From the NCBI RefSeq assembly GCF_009914755.1, contig NC_060926.1: DNA of 64,000 nt. The stretch is one strand, 5' to 3'. Source of the DNA: the human T2T-CHM13v2.0 reference genome, Homo sapiens. Below the pieces are notes generated by a model that did not search any database, was not told where the DNA came from, and worked only from the letters and a program-made list of their open reading frames with translations. This document shows positions 11,642 through 26,985 of this stretch, in pieces (within the stretch, counting starts at the first letter, position 1; every line of letters begins with the position of its first letter). A program made the position numbers and the translations under genes.

Positions 11642-13216
11642 TAAAAAGAGGAGCTGGTACCATTCCTTCTGAAACTATTTCAAACAACTGAAAATGAGGG
11701 ACTCCTCCCTAACTCATTTTATGAAGCCAGCATCATCCTGATACCAAAACTGGGAAGAGATGCAACAAAAAACAAAACTTCAGGCCAATATCCCCGACGA
11801 ACATCGATGCAAAAATCCTCAATAAAATACTGGCAAACTGAATCCAGCAGCACATCAAAAAACTTATCCACCATGATCAAGTCGGTTTCATATCTGGGAT
11901 GCAAGGCTGGTTCAACATATGCAAATCAATACACATAATCCATCACATAAACAGAACCAAAGACAAAAACCACATGATTATCTCAATAAATGCAGAAAAG
12001 GCCTTTGATAAAATTCAACACCCCTTCATGCTAAAAACTCTCAATAAACTAGATATTGATGGAACATACCTAAAAATAACAAGAGCTGTTTATGACAAAC
12101 CCACAGCCAATATCAGATTGAATGGGCAAAAGCTGGAAGCACTCCCTTTGAAAACCAGTAGAAGACAAGGATGCCCTCTTTCACCACCCCTTATTCAACA
12201 TAGTATTGGAAGTTCTGGCCAGGGCAATCAGGCAAGAGAAAGAAATAAAGAGTATTCAAATAGGAAGAGAGGAAGTCAAGTTGTTTCTGTTTGCAGATGA
12301 CATGATTTTATATTTTAAAAAACCCATCATCTCAGCCCCAAAACTTCTTGAACTGATAAGCAACTTCAGCAAAGTCTCAGGATACAAAATCAATGTGCAA
12401 AAATCACAAGCATTCCGTTACACCAACAACAGGCAAGCAGAGAGCCAAATCATGAATGAACCCCTATTCACAATCACTACAAAGAGAATAAAATACCAGG
12501 AATACAGCTAACAAGGGATATGAATGACCTCTTCAAGGAGAACTACAAACCACTACTTAAGGAAATAAGAGAGGACACAAACAAATGAAAAAACATTCTA
12601 TCTTCATGGATAGGAAGAATCAGTATAATGAAAATGGCCATACTGTCCAAAGTAATTCATAGATTCAAAGCTATTCCCATCAAACTACCATTGAGATTCT
12701 TCACAGAATTAGAAAAAACTATTTTAAATTTAATATGGAATCAAAGAAGACCCCACATAGCCAAGAAAATACTAAGCCAAAAGAACAAAGCTGGAGGCAT
12801 TATGCTACCTAACTTCAAACTATACTACAGGGCTATAGTAACCAAAACAGCATGGTATTGGTACCAAAATAGACATACAGACCAATAGAGCTGAACAGTG
12901 ACCTCAGAAATAAGACCACACATCTACAACCATCTGATCTTCGACAAACCTGACAGAAACAAGCAATGGAGAAAGGCTCTCCTATTCAGTAAATGGTGCT
13001 GGGAAAACTGGCTAGTCATATGCAGAAAACTGAAACTGTACCCCTTCCTTACACCTTATACAAAAATTAACTTGAAATAGATTAAAGACTTAAATGTGAA
13101 ACCCCAAACCATAAAAACCCTATAAGAAATCCTAGGCAATACCATTCAGGGTATAAGCATGGGCAAAGATTTCATGACAAAAACGCCAAAAGCAATTGCA
13201 ACAGAAGACAAAATTG

Positions 13217-13503
13217 GGTCGGGTGCAGTGACTCATACCTGTAATCCCAGCACTTTGGGAGGCCGAGGTAGGTGGATCACTTGAGGTCAGGAGTTTGAGA
13301 TCAGCCTGACCAATACAGTGAAACCCTGTCTCTACTAAAAATACAAAAATTAGCTGGGCGTGGTTGTATGCACCAGTAGTCCCAGCTACTAGGGAGGCTG
13401 AGACAGGAGAATTGCTTGAACCCGGGAGGCAGAGGTTGCAGTGATCATGCCACTGCACTCCAGCCTGAGTGACACAGTGAGACTGTCTCAAATAAAAAAT
13501 AAA
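13217..13503 (+). mobile_element. AluS (Sx/Sz-like) inserted in L1 ORF2
   Basis: Full dimer; diverged TSD AGAAGACAAAATTG / AAAAGCCAAAATCG. Confidence 0.92.
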
Positions 13504-13731
13504 AAAAGCCAAAATCGACAAATGGGATCTAATTAAACTAAAGAGCGTCTGCACAGCAAAAGAAACTATCAGACTGAACAAGCAACCGATGGAATGGGAG
13601 AAAATTTTTGCAATCTACCCATCTGACAAAGGTCTAATATCCAGAATTTACAAGGTACCTGAACATATTTACAAGAAAAAAACAACCCCATCAAAAAGTG
13701 GGCAAAGGATATGAACAGACATTTCTCAAAG

Positions 13732-14197
13732 TAAGAGAGGAGACCACCCCTCATATTGTCTTATGCCCAATTTCTGCCTCCAAAGAAAGAAGAAGTAAAA
13801 ACTAAAAGGCAGAAATGAAATCCACAAGCAGACAGCCCGGTGCCACATCCTGGGCCTGGCAGTTAAAGATCGACCCCTGACCTAATCCATTATGTTATCT
13901 ATAGATTACAGACATTGTATAGAAAAGCACTGTATGTGAAAATCCCTGTCCTATTCTGTTCCGTTCTAATTACCGGTGCATGCAGCCCCCAGTCACGTAT
14001 CCCCTGCTTGCTCAATCGATCACGACCCTCTCAAGCAGACCCCCTTAAAGTTGTGAGCCCTTAAAAGGGACAGGAATTGCTCACTTGGAGAGCTCAGCTC
14101 CTGAGACAGGAGTCTTGCCAATGCTCCCGGACAAATAAACCCCTTTCTTCTTTAACTTCGTGTCTGAGGGGTTTTGTCTGTGGCTTGTCCTGCTACA
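13732..14197 (+). mobile_element. LTR2-family (HERV-E/Harlequin, ERV1) solo LTR inserted in L1 ORF2
   Basis: TAAGAGAGGAGACCACCCCTCATATTGTCTTATGCCC..AATAAA..GGCTTGTCCTGCTACA with a perfect 4-bp TSD AAAG. Confidence 0.9.
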
Positions 14198-15410
14198 AAA
14201 GGAAGACATTTACATGGCCAACAAACATAGAAAAAAAGCTCAACATCACTGATCATCAGAGAAATGCAAATCAAAACCACAGTGAGATACCATCTCACGA
14301 CAGTCAGAATGGTGATTATTAAAAAGTCAGTAAACAATAGATGCTGGTGAGGCTGTGGAGAAATAGGAACGCTTTTACACTGTTGGTGGGAATGTAAATT
14401 AGTTTAACCATAGTGGAAGACAGTATGGCAATTCCTCAAGGATCTAAGCCAGAAATGCCATTTGACCCAGCAATTCCATTACTGGGTATATACCCAAAGA
14501 ATATAAATCATTCTACTATGAAGACACAAGGACGTGTATGTTTATTACAGCACTATTTACAATAGCAAAGACATGGAACCAACCCAAATCCCCATCAATG
14601 ATAGACTGGATAAAGAAAATTTGGTACATATACACCATAGAAAACTATGCAGTCATAAAAACAAATGAGATCATGTCCTTTGCAGGGACATGGATGAAGC
14701 TGGAAGGCATCATTGTCAGTAAACTAACACAGGAACAGAAATTCAAACACCTCATGTTCTCACTCATAAGTGGGAGTCAAACATTGAGAACACATGGACA
14801 CAGAGAGGGGAACAACACGCCAGGGCCTGTTGGGTGGTGGGGTTGAGGAGAGGGAACTTACAGGATGGGTCAATAGGTGCAGCAAACCACCATGGCACAC
14901 GTATACCTATGTAACAAACCTGCACGTTCTCCACATCTATCCCTTTTTTTGTTTGTTTTTAGAAAAATATAAATAAAAATAAATAAAAATTGGAGGTTTA
15001 TAAAACAGGAATGACTGTAGTCCAAAAATAAGCCCATATATACAGGGTTAATTGACTTTCAATAAAATGCCAGTTACGTTTAAAAAAAAAATTTGTTTAG
15101 TATTACTGGTTAAGATTTAGATGAGTTTACAAAGGGAATTAAAATGAAAGTATACTATTATATTAACAGAAAAATTGCCTTGAAAGGAAATAGCTGAGCT
15201 TAGGTGGCAAAAGACAAAGAAATTCAGGAAAATCATGAGGACTGCTGCTCTCTTCTACTCCACCCCCACCCCCATCTAAAATCTGGGATTCTCCAGTCAG
15301 TGTGCAGGATGGACAGTAGATGCACTTGGCTTGGGAACTCAAACACCAGAATTCTGTGACTGAGCGATAACCTGGAGGAGGAATAGCTAAGAAATAAGTA
15401 AAAGGTGAGT

Positions 15411-17355
15411 CACCCTGTTGTACAACAGGTTTGTTGAATTTATTCCTTCTATCTAACTAAAATTTTGTATCCTTTGACCAACATCTCCTCAACCTTCTAT
15501 CTCTGCCACTAGCCTCTAGTAACCACCATTCTATTCTCTACTATGAGTTCAACTTTTTTAGATCTCATGTATAGGTTAGACTTTGGGTATTTGTCTTTTT
15601 GTGCTTGGCTTATTTTACTTAGCATATTGATACCGATGATCATCCAGGTTGTCTCAAAGGACAGGATTTTCTTCTTCTTTAATGGCTGGATATATACCAA
15701 ATATTGTTATCCATTCATTTATTGATAAACACTTAGGTTGATTTCATATCTTGGCTAATGTGAATAATGCTGGAATGAACAAGTGAGTGTGCAGACATCT
15801 CTTTGACATACTGATTTTATATCCTTTGGATATATACTCAATAGCGAGATTTCTGGATCATATGGTAGTTATAATTTTTTGAAGGGCTCTATACTCTTTT
15901 TCATGATGGCTGTACTAATTTATATTCTCACCTGATGTATACAAAGATTTCCTTTTCCCCACATCCTTGCCAAAACTTACCTTTTATCTTTTTGATGCTA
16001 GCCATTCTAAGAGGTGTGAGATGATATCTCATTGTGGTTTTAGTTTGCATTTCTTCACTAGTAATGAGCATTTTTAAAATATATCTGCTGACCATTTGTA
16101 AGTCTTCTCTTGGGAAATGTCTATTCAGGTCCTTTGTTCATTTTTAAATTGGGTTGTTTTCTTGCTATTAAGTTGCTTGAATTCCTTACATATTTTGGAT
16201 ATTAACTTACCCCTGATAAGATGTATGGTTTGCAAATATGTTCTCCCATTCTATAGGTTTTCTCTTCACTGTGTTCTTTTCTTTGCTGTATAGAAGTGTT
16301 TTTAGTTTGATGTAATCCCATTTGTCTATTTTTGCTTTTGTTGCCTCTTGGGCAACAATCGTGTCTATTTTGGGCTTTTGGGGACATATTAAAAAAAGTT
16401 ATTGCCTAGGCCAATGTCATGGAGCCTTTCTACTATGTTTTCTTCTAGTAATTTTATAGGTTTAGGACTTACATTTAAGTTTTGAATCCATTTTAAGTTG
16501 ATTTTTGTGTACAATGTGAGATAAGGTTCTAATTTTATTTTTTTTCATAGGAATAGCCAGTTTTTCCAACATCATTTATTGAAGAGACTGTTCTTCCTGC
16601 ATTGTGTTTGGGGGACCTTTGTAAAAAATTAATTGAATAGTTTTGTAGTATATTTTAAAGTCAGATAGTACGACAACTCCAGCTTTGTTCTTTTTGCTCA
16701 AGATTGGTTTGGTTATTTGGGGTCTTTTTTGGTTCCATATTAATGTTGGGATTGTTTTTTCTATTTCTGTAATAAACAGCTTTAAAATTCTGACAAGGAT
16801 TGCATTGAATCTGTAGAGTGCTTTGGGTAGCATGGATATTCTGACAATATGAAATTTTCCAATCAATGAACACTGGATATTGTTCCATTTATTTATGTCT
16901 TTTTAATTTTCCTTCATCAATATTTTACAGTTTTCACTGTATGAGTCTATCAACTCCTTGGTTAGATTTATTCCTAATAGTTTTGTAGCTATTGTAAATG
17001 GAATTGTTTTCTTAATTTCCTTTTTGGATAGTTCGTTGTTAGTTTGTAGAAAGGCTACTGATTTTTGTATGTTGATTTTGTATTCTGTACTTTTACTGAA
17101 TTTGTTTATCAGTTCTAACAGTATTTTAGTGGAGTCTTTGGAGTTTTCTACCTATAAGATTATGCTACCTGCAAACAGGGAAAATTTAACTTCTTACTTT
17201 CCAATTTGGATGCCTTTGATTTCTTTCTCTTACCTCATTGCTGTATCTTCAACTTGCAGTACCATGTTGAATAGCAGTGGCAAGAGTGGGCATCCTCTTC
17301 TTATTCCAGATCTAAGAAGGAAAACTTTCAATTTTCCACTGTTGAGTATGATTTA
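15411..17355 (-). mobile_element. L1MA-type (about MA5-7) LINE: 3'UTR plus ORF2 3' part
   Basis: TATCTAACTAAAATTTTGTATCCTTTGACCAACATCTCC 3'UTR; minus-strand ORFs 16576-16866 (LPKALYRFNAI..LSKKNKAG) and 15509-15700. Confidence 0.88.
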
Positions 17356-18637
17356 GAAGAAATTTCAAAAGCATAATTTAACATAATGTTCCTGAATAAT
17401 TTTCATCTGATAAGTGGTTAAATTTTGGATTGTGAATTTCTCTTGGACTTAGATTCAAATTAGATCCTTCCTGGCCAGGCCTCCCTGGAATTACACCCCA
17501 AAAGTGATCACTGTCAGTGTTTACAGAATCATAGCATTTTTAGCAATCATTTAATACCTTAGTTTTAAATATTGGAAAAAATAAAACTCCGAGAGGTTAA
17601 GTGAGAAGTTAAAGGTACAGCTAGGGGTAGAACCAGTTTCCTGATTTCCATTTACTACATTAAGCTGAATGGTCAACTAGGGCAGCTGTGCTATGAGAAG
17701 ATAGGTAATCTTATTTCTCACATTGGGCAATATTTATTTTCATGAAACTATAAACAGCCCTTAGATTGCTAGAGTCTGAATTAGATACAATAGATAAGAA
17801 GTGGCATAAATTTTGCCATTCCCTGCTGAAAATATAAATGAGTGTACACAAATATGCCTAATTCAGGCAAAGAGGCTATCAGTTTCTATATGGCATATTT
17901 TCCTTGTTCAACCAAGGATGACAAACTGACACAGAATAAATAGGATCAGTGTTAGTAAGCTGTTAAGCACTGCTGTTTCTCTCCTCTGTCTCTTGCTCTC
18001 TCTCATACAGCCTCCTCTAGGCATCATACTGTTTCAAGAACAAAGAAATGCCAAATACCAATTAACAAGCTAAACCTGATTCACACGTAAACAAGCTTGG
18101 GCTTGTATTTTTATGAAAAGTACTGACAAAATTAGTTTTGAAAATATTTAACTCCTATTGATTTAATTTTTAGATGTCTCATTACTAAGGCCTTCTTGTC
18201 CCTCCTATAAATCTGGTATCTGGACTCACTTTTCTCAGAAGAGGTATGGTTTTCTTCTTTGAGAGAAAAACAAAAGCATAAGTGGCTTTAGTTAAGCATC
18301 ACTATCCAGCCCATTATTTTATCATAGCTGTGGTAATTAATACAGACTAATCTGCTTCTCTTCATGGTTCACACTTAACCATTTTTGTATTTTATTTGTT
18401 CATCAAATATATTTCCACAAAATACAGTTTGATTTGGATTTATTTGCCACCAATTTGAGAAATCAGTGTCATTCTTCACTGCTGTGAAATAGTATGTGAA
18501 TAACTCATTTTCAGCTTTAAAATGCATCAGTGAGTCATGGAGGCTCATAAGAACCCTTTGACATAGTTTCCTGGAGAATTCTGAAAAATTTCATGTCTAT
18601 TCTGAAGTGGCAACCTAAATCACTATTTCTTTTCGAG

Positions 18638-19150
<513 letters not shown>

Positions 19151-20432
19151 AACCACATGTCCTTTTAAACATACACAATACATGGATACGAAGTTCCAAC
19201 CTTGCACATAGTAAAAAGGGATATTTTGCCATTTCACTGTCATCATTAACTATGTTACATAAAATAGATGTTCAGGAAATGATAGCGCGGTAGTTTCTAT
19301 CACATGCATCACATGTTGATCCCTTCCCTCTGTAATTATGCCCAACTGAAAAGTTGTGCATTTGTACAAGAGAAAGCAATGACTTGTGCAGGAAACAAAC
19401 TACTATAGAGCTTCATCGGTATTAAAATGTACATGTGTTTGTGAATTCTCATTATTAACTATAACTGTCCACAAAGCTCCAGTGACTCAGCTCTTCATCG
19501 CTAACATTTTGCAGACTGAATTGTTAGGTCTGTGGACAGACCTTTGGAGGATATAAGACAGCACGAATAAATAGTTAATATAGTATAAAATATAAATTAT
19601 CTGTAGGCCAATTAAGGTCATGAACATTTTAGGGAGAAGGGCTTTAGGAGCCATGGCTTAAAGAACACCTCATATATCCTACGAAATGGTGATAGACAGC
19701 AATCAATTCGCTTGTAATCTAGCAAGGTATTAAGAAGTTTGAGCTTTCTGAAAGAGCTGAATGATAAGAGAGGTTTGACTAATGTTGGGAAAAGAAGCAT
19801 GTCTTTTGCTTTGGAAAAAGAACCAAATTATTATGATCATTCTCCATTTATCAGTAAAATATTTTTTAGCACACACATGCTAATATATGCATATTTACTT
19901 ATTTCTAAGTATTTATGCTCATCATTATAATCTATACATACTTTATACATAAATATTTCAAACGACACACTACAATATACATTTGGAAAATTGAGATAAA
20001 GATTAAATTTAAAAATTTGTCTTACCAATATCTGCATATTATCATTAATTCAAAGCAAAAAGCATAATTTACAGTTAAAGAAAGGGTTATCATTAACAAT
20101 ATTAAATGTGAATCCATTATTTAAGTGGACTTACTGATAATTTTAACTTTTTGGAAGAAAATGTGTCAATATAAATAGATAACATTTTCTTTAGTCTCCT
20201 AATGTGGCTTAATGCCCATAGTAGAAGTAGGGTAAATATTAGCTGTGCATTTTTTTGTTCTCTGCCTGTTCTTGTATTATTATATTACATTCAAGTGGTG
20301 GTTTCTTTGCTGGAATCTTTTTAAGCTTTCCATCTAAACCCTAGTTGGATATTTTCTCTTTTTCCTTCAACTTTCTTAGCACTCTTGATATGTGTATCAT
20401 TTCTTTAGTCAATGATCAGTTACAATCTATAG

Positions 20433-20754
<322 letters not shown>

Positions 20755-22087
20755 AGATTATTGGTTATCTATTACTCCTTGCAATTTCATTACCGAGTGC
20801 CCAATCTTATCCATAGCAAATGCTTAACAAATATATATTAACTAATAAGTAATAGAGAGAGGAAGAACAATTTTCATATAAATGCATAATAAGAGACAAA
20901 AGAAGCTTTTCATTTTTAGTTAGGAATTAAATCTATCATGTTTTTTCTTTTTTAAAAAAGGCTTTAATTTTAATTAATTTTCAGCAATAATATAATAAAA
21001 GATTGTTTTTCTGTGAAACTTCATGCCATGCCAACAGGATGATGACTCATACGCCACTAGAAATCTGACACATCACATTACTTTCACTTATTTTTATAGC
21101 ATGTAAATTGTCTCACATCCGATAAGTCGGCAACAGAAGAACTCCCTGGAGATGGACTAAAATAATTCAGGAGGAGCAAGTGTCTTTAAATCTAAAAAAT
21201 ATTCAGAAAATATCTGCTTTGAATGTAATAGAAAGAGGGTAATAAATGTACATTACTGAGTCTCTTTTACTAGTGTTACAATATATAAGCACATCTATAA
21301 TTCTGGCATTTCATAAAAGCATTGATTTTTAAAGTAAACGTATTGATATTAGTTTTAGCAATAGAAAATGACAACTATTTCACAGTAACATCTACAACTT
21401 CACAAGCTGGGAAACTTCCCTAAAATGTATTTATTTTAAATTGAAAAAAATCTAAAATTACGTATACTGACTCATTTGAAAAATAGCAATAGAATCAATG
21501 AATTCAGAGCAACAAAGCTAAATTTGGCAAAAATATTTGTTAAAAAATCAGAAGACAGATTTTATACACACTCATAACCCCTTCTCCTTTGAAGAGTCTT
21601 ATATTGTGAATGATTGGTTTTGCAGGTTTATTATACAATCTTCTGTTAAAATAAAGTTAAGAAAAATTTATTTTTCATTCAAAAGTTAATTTAGACATGA
21701 CAAACCTAAAATCCTCCAAAAATGTCTTGTGATAGTTTTGTTGACAACAGCCTGGGACTTTCTGTACTTTTTGAACTTTACCCCCCTGTATGGGAGGAAG
21801 TCAAATAGCCACAGGTATCCCTTAGAAGTTTTAATGAGGTCCATTTATTTTTATTTCCCTTCTATTCTTAGGTATTTTCCATTGTTAGCAGGTCTGTGGA
21901 CAAAAGCATTTAGTTAGGCATGAGCTTCTAAATCCAATTTATCTTTCGTTTGGAAAAAAATAGAAAGAACTTGTACTTTTTATTTTTATGCCATGCATAA
22001 AGAACCAACACACCAAACTCATGAAAACCCAAATTACTGATACAAGTTGAGAGTAAAATGTGGCTAATTTTTTTTTTTTTCTCCCAG

Positions 22088-22162
22088 ATAGCAACCACTA
22101 CCAGTGTTGAACACAGGGGTGCAAATGAGACCACATTGTCTCGGACATCTGCTGCTGTATTG
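22088..22162 (+). other. Candidate non-coding or cryptic exon (75 nt)
   Basis: GCTAAT-(T)n-CTCCCAG acceptor; TTG|GTATGG donor. Confidence 0.25.
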
Positions 22163-23315
22163 GTATGGGAGCATGACTCAGAGGAAGAAATGAATAAAGT
22201 GTTTATACCCAAAGGGATTATAAATATTCTGGAATATAAAGACTGATAGAAGATTACCAAAGGGCTCACTTAACAAAGTGTGGAAATTTAACTCCATAAC
22301 TACATGTAATAGCTGATCATAAAACAGTAATACATTACGGCACATATTAAGATTCTAGAGTCCTTTTTAACCCTTAACATCCCTAATTCTCCCAGACAAA
22401 ATGTGGCAAACTCCCTGAAATTTTTAACAATACCATGTGTGAGTCAATTGAGAAAGAATTCCTAATAGAGGTTAAAACCACAATAGCCTCTGAGCATGCT
22501 AGGAGGGAAAATAGGTAGACATTAAATTTAAAAACATATTTCCTGCCCTTTCAGATAGGGGATATGTTGTGATATGGACATAGACACACATACACCATAA
22601 AGTCTAAAACTGTGCTATTACATAAGGTGACATATCAGGGCAGATAATATATTTATTTTTAAACCTTCAGTGTTAATCAGCTTAACTGACCAACAACAAT
22701 TATACCTCTCCTAGAGACAATCATTTTTACAGTCAAGGCATATTTAAATGCCAGAATAAATACCCACATTCACATGTACACACTAGAGGAAAAAATAAAG
22801 TCTTTTAGGAAAATAAAAGATAAAAATGTGAGGAAAGGGTTTATAGTAGATAATTCTAGCATATTATCATTCCTGCTTTAAGTGGTGTGATCTTTGAAAC
22901 TCATTTAATCCTGGAAACACTTTAGAGAGCTTCAAAACCTATTTTGGAATTTGCCTAACTCAGAAGAAGGCAAAATATCATATAATCAAAGAAAAGATTT
23001 TTGCTGTGGTAAAACATAGATAAAATTAAAAACCATAACAAGTGGTCTGATAGATTAGCATTTCAGCTGCCATCAACACAGCACAAAATTTCCTATAGTC
23101 AAGTGAAACTCCTTGTGGGATATATATGAGTACCAAGGAACTTCCAGTCCACACAAAGAGAATCACTTCTGTAGAATCTTTGGATGATAAGGCTAAGGGG
23201 AAGGCATGCTGAGGCAAACAGAATCCAAGACAGAGAGAGCTTGGTTCTTACAGCGATCTATAATTGGTGATATGCACAGGGTGGTCTCTGGGCCAACAGC
23301 ATTAACATTGCCTCG

Positions 23316-24170
23316 TGTGGCAGGCAGAATAATGGCTCCACAAAAATATCCACAATTGATTCCTGGAAACTTGTGAATATGTTACCTTACATGGCAAACG
23401 GGACTTTGCCGATGTGATTATATTAAGGGTCTTGAGAGGGAAAGAGCATCTTGAATTATCCAGATGAGTCCATTGTAAGCACAAGAGTCTTTATAAGTGA
23501 AAGACAAAGGCAGGAGAGTCAGGGGTCAGAGTCAGAAAGATATTAATATTTGAAGATGCTACTTTGATGAAGACACTTTGAAGACAGTGGAAGGAAGCAT
23601 GAGCCAAAGAATGCAGACAGTGTCTAGAAGCTGGAAGAGGCATGGAGACTGATATGGTATGGCTGTGTCCACACCCAAATCTCTTCTGGAGTTCCCATGT
23701 GTTGTAGAAGGGACCTGGTGGGAGGTAAATGAATCACGGGAGCAAGTCTTTCTCATGCTGTTCTTGAGATGGTACATAGGTCTCATAAGATCTGATGGTT
23801 TTAAAAAGAGAAGTTCCCTTGTATAAGCTCTTTCTTTGCCTGCTGCCATTCATGTAAGAGATGACTTGCTTTTTCTTGCCCTCACTCATGATTGTGAGGC
23901 TTCTCCAGCCATGTGGAAATGTAAGTCCAATTAAACCTCTTTCTTTTGTAATTTGCCCAGTCTTGGGTATGTCTTTATCAGCAGCATGAAAATGGACTAA
24001 TACAGAGACAAAGTCTCCCCTAGAGCACCCAGAAAGAGAACACCTTTATTTTGGTCCAGGCAGACCTGTTTCTGACTTCTGATCTCCAGAATCATACGAT
24101 AATAAATTTGTGTTGTTTCAATCACTTAATTTTGGGTAATTTGTCAGGGCAGCAATAGGAAACTAATACA
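23316..24170 (+). mobile_element. MLT1D-like MaLR LTR split by THE1
   Basis: TGTGGCAGGCAGAATAATGGCTCC..GAATATGTTACCTTACATGGCAAA..AATAAATTTGTGTTG..GCAGCAATAGGAAACTAATACA. Confidence 0.85.
23650..24004 (+). mobile_element. THE1 (B-like) solo LTR
   Basis: TGATATGGTATGGCTGTGTCC..AATTAAACCTCTTTC..GGACTAATACA with a perfect 5-bp TSD GAGAC. Confidence 0.92.
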
Positions 24171-24547
24171 TCTATGAACTTTTTAGAACTATGAATTCCC
24201 AGGAACTACTCAAGACTTGATGAATCAAAAACCTAGAGGAAAGGAGCAGAAAACTATTTTTAACAAGCCTTTCAAGTGATGCTGATGCACATGAAATGTT
24301 GAGAACTACTGCTCTATCTCAATTCCTCTTCTTCTACACTGAATTTTGCTTAAATATACAGTACACAATATGCATTTTTTGGACCATGCCATACTGAAGA
24401 AATTAATTACAAGATGAATAAAATTAAAATTAAAAGACCTATATCAGTTATCTATTTTTGTGTAATAAATTAGCACAAACTTAGCAGCTTAAAACATTTA
24501 TTCCACAGTTTCTGTGGATCAGGAATTTGTGCAAAAATCAGCTGGTT

Positions 24548-24831
<284 letters not shown>

Positions 24832-25289
24832 GCACCTGGGTCCTTTGTTTCAAGGTCTCTCACAAGGCTGCAATCAGAGTATCAGCCAGGGCTGGGGCTC
24901 ATCTGAAGGCTCAACTGGGTAAATATCCACTTTGTGCTTACTTACAAGAAGTCTGCAAAACTTCAGTTCCTCAAGTGCTCTGGGACCAAGGGCCTCAGTT
25001 CCTAGGAGGCTATTGGCCAGAAGCCTCATTTTCTTGCCACATGGCAAGATATTTACCCTTTTTGGTAAATATGACAGCCAGGATAAAGAAGAATCTTTTA
25101 TAGACTACCAAGCTATTAACCATAGACTATAGCTATCAAGATGAAAGTTAGTTTCTTCTAAACTAATCACAGAAGAGAAATCCCATTCTATTCTATCCCA
25201 TCTCACTCTTTTCTATTGGTTAGAAGCAAGTCACTGAGCTAGCCCACACTTGAGGGGAGGGGATTACACAAGAGTAAGAATACTAGGAG

Positions 25290-25660
<371 letters not shown>

Positions 25661-26546
25661 TTACAACCAAATAGAATATTTTAATATTTTATTTTTCCTA
25701 TATTATTTTTCCTGAATTTATACATTCTTTTAGAAAATTTATGTCAGAAAACAGATTCCTACAGCTCTTTCAGCAACTACATTTCTCTTCTTACTCAGAT
25801 TTTCCCAGAGGACTTAGACTCAAAAGCCATCCCCCAAGATACTATTTCATTCAAGTCTGTTCGTGTGTCTTTGGCATGAAATCTACCTGACATTAAATAT
25901 ATTACAAATAAATTTAAGAATTACGACCATAAATTGAATGATTCTCATGTCAAAGTGTTGTACAAATTAAAATTATTAACATAAAATTTACAGAAAGTAA
26001 TCCAGGAATACTACATTCAGAATCACATTAAGCAATAACAAATTCATAATTGACTGCCCCATTCTTTAAAACATAATTATTCCAGTCATTGAGATTAAAA
26101 ATGTTTTAAAATGTGTATCTTCATCATAGAAACTCTTTTCTGTTTTCATATGTATATGCTAAAAATATTTCTTAAATGTGCAAAGTGGAATAACTCATGT
26201 TTTATATTAACCACCAAAGATCTTATTTTTCCTCTATAATATATGTTTGATATTAACTAAGACACGTATACTTTAGATTGAAATTGAAGTTGTGGGCACA
26301 AATTATTTGTTAAAACAACAACAACAACAACAAAAACCACTCCTATAGGCCACCTAACTCCCTGTTACCTTTAGAGAGCCCACAGAGCTTCCCTAGAATG
26401 CTATTGAATTCTTTATTACTGGCTTTGGAAGGCAAAAGAGGGGAGATAGGATTATCCTTGAAGCTTCCTAGGTCCTCCAATGCAGTTTGATGTGTGGCCA
26501 TTAGAATACCTCCTAGACTTTGTAAAGCATACCATAAATCACATGA

Positions 26547-26985
26547 TATCTTAGTCCATTTTGTTCTTATAACAGAATATCTGAGACCGGATAATTCATA
26601 AGGAAGAGAGATTTATTTAGCTTGCAGTCCTTCAGGCTGGAAAATTCAAGGGATATTGCACCAGTAACTGTTCAGCTTCTGGTGCTGCTTCACAAGGTGG
26701 AAGGTCAAATGGGAAGCAGACATGTGTGAAGGTGCAAAACCTGAGAGGCTGGCTTTATAAACAAGCCACTCACAAAGGAGCTAATCCATTCCAGCAAGAA
26801 CTAATCCAGTCTCCCAAAGTGAGAACTCACTCAGCACCAAGCCATTCACAAGGGATCCACCCTATGACCCAAACACCTCCCAACAGGCCTCACCTCTTAA
26901 AGGCTCTGCTTCCCAAAATTGCCATACTGGGGTTAGGGTTCCAAAGTGTATTTTGATAGGGACACACCATATTCAAACCAGAGCA
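26547..26985 (-). mobile_element. MST-family (MSTB/C-like) MaLR solo LTR
   Basis: TATCTTAGTCCATTTTG..ATGACCCAAACACCTCCCA..ATTCAAACCAGAGCA; near-TSD CATGA/CATGG. Confidence 0.75.

Larger units (their letters stand above)
23266..24311 (+). mobile_element. MER5A split by MLT1D (pieces 23266-23315 and 24171-24311)
   Basis: GTGGTCTCTGGGCCAACAGCATTAACAT continues as GAACTTTTTAGAA..TTTTAACAAGCC..GATGCTGATGCAC..GAGAACTACTG. Confidence 0.7.

Noticed and set aside
16958-17356. 132-aa hydrophobic ORF resembling a membrane protein
   Set aside because: It is the antisense reading of the minus-strand L1MA ORF2.
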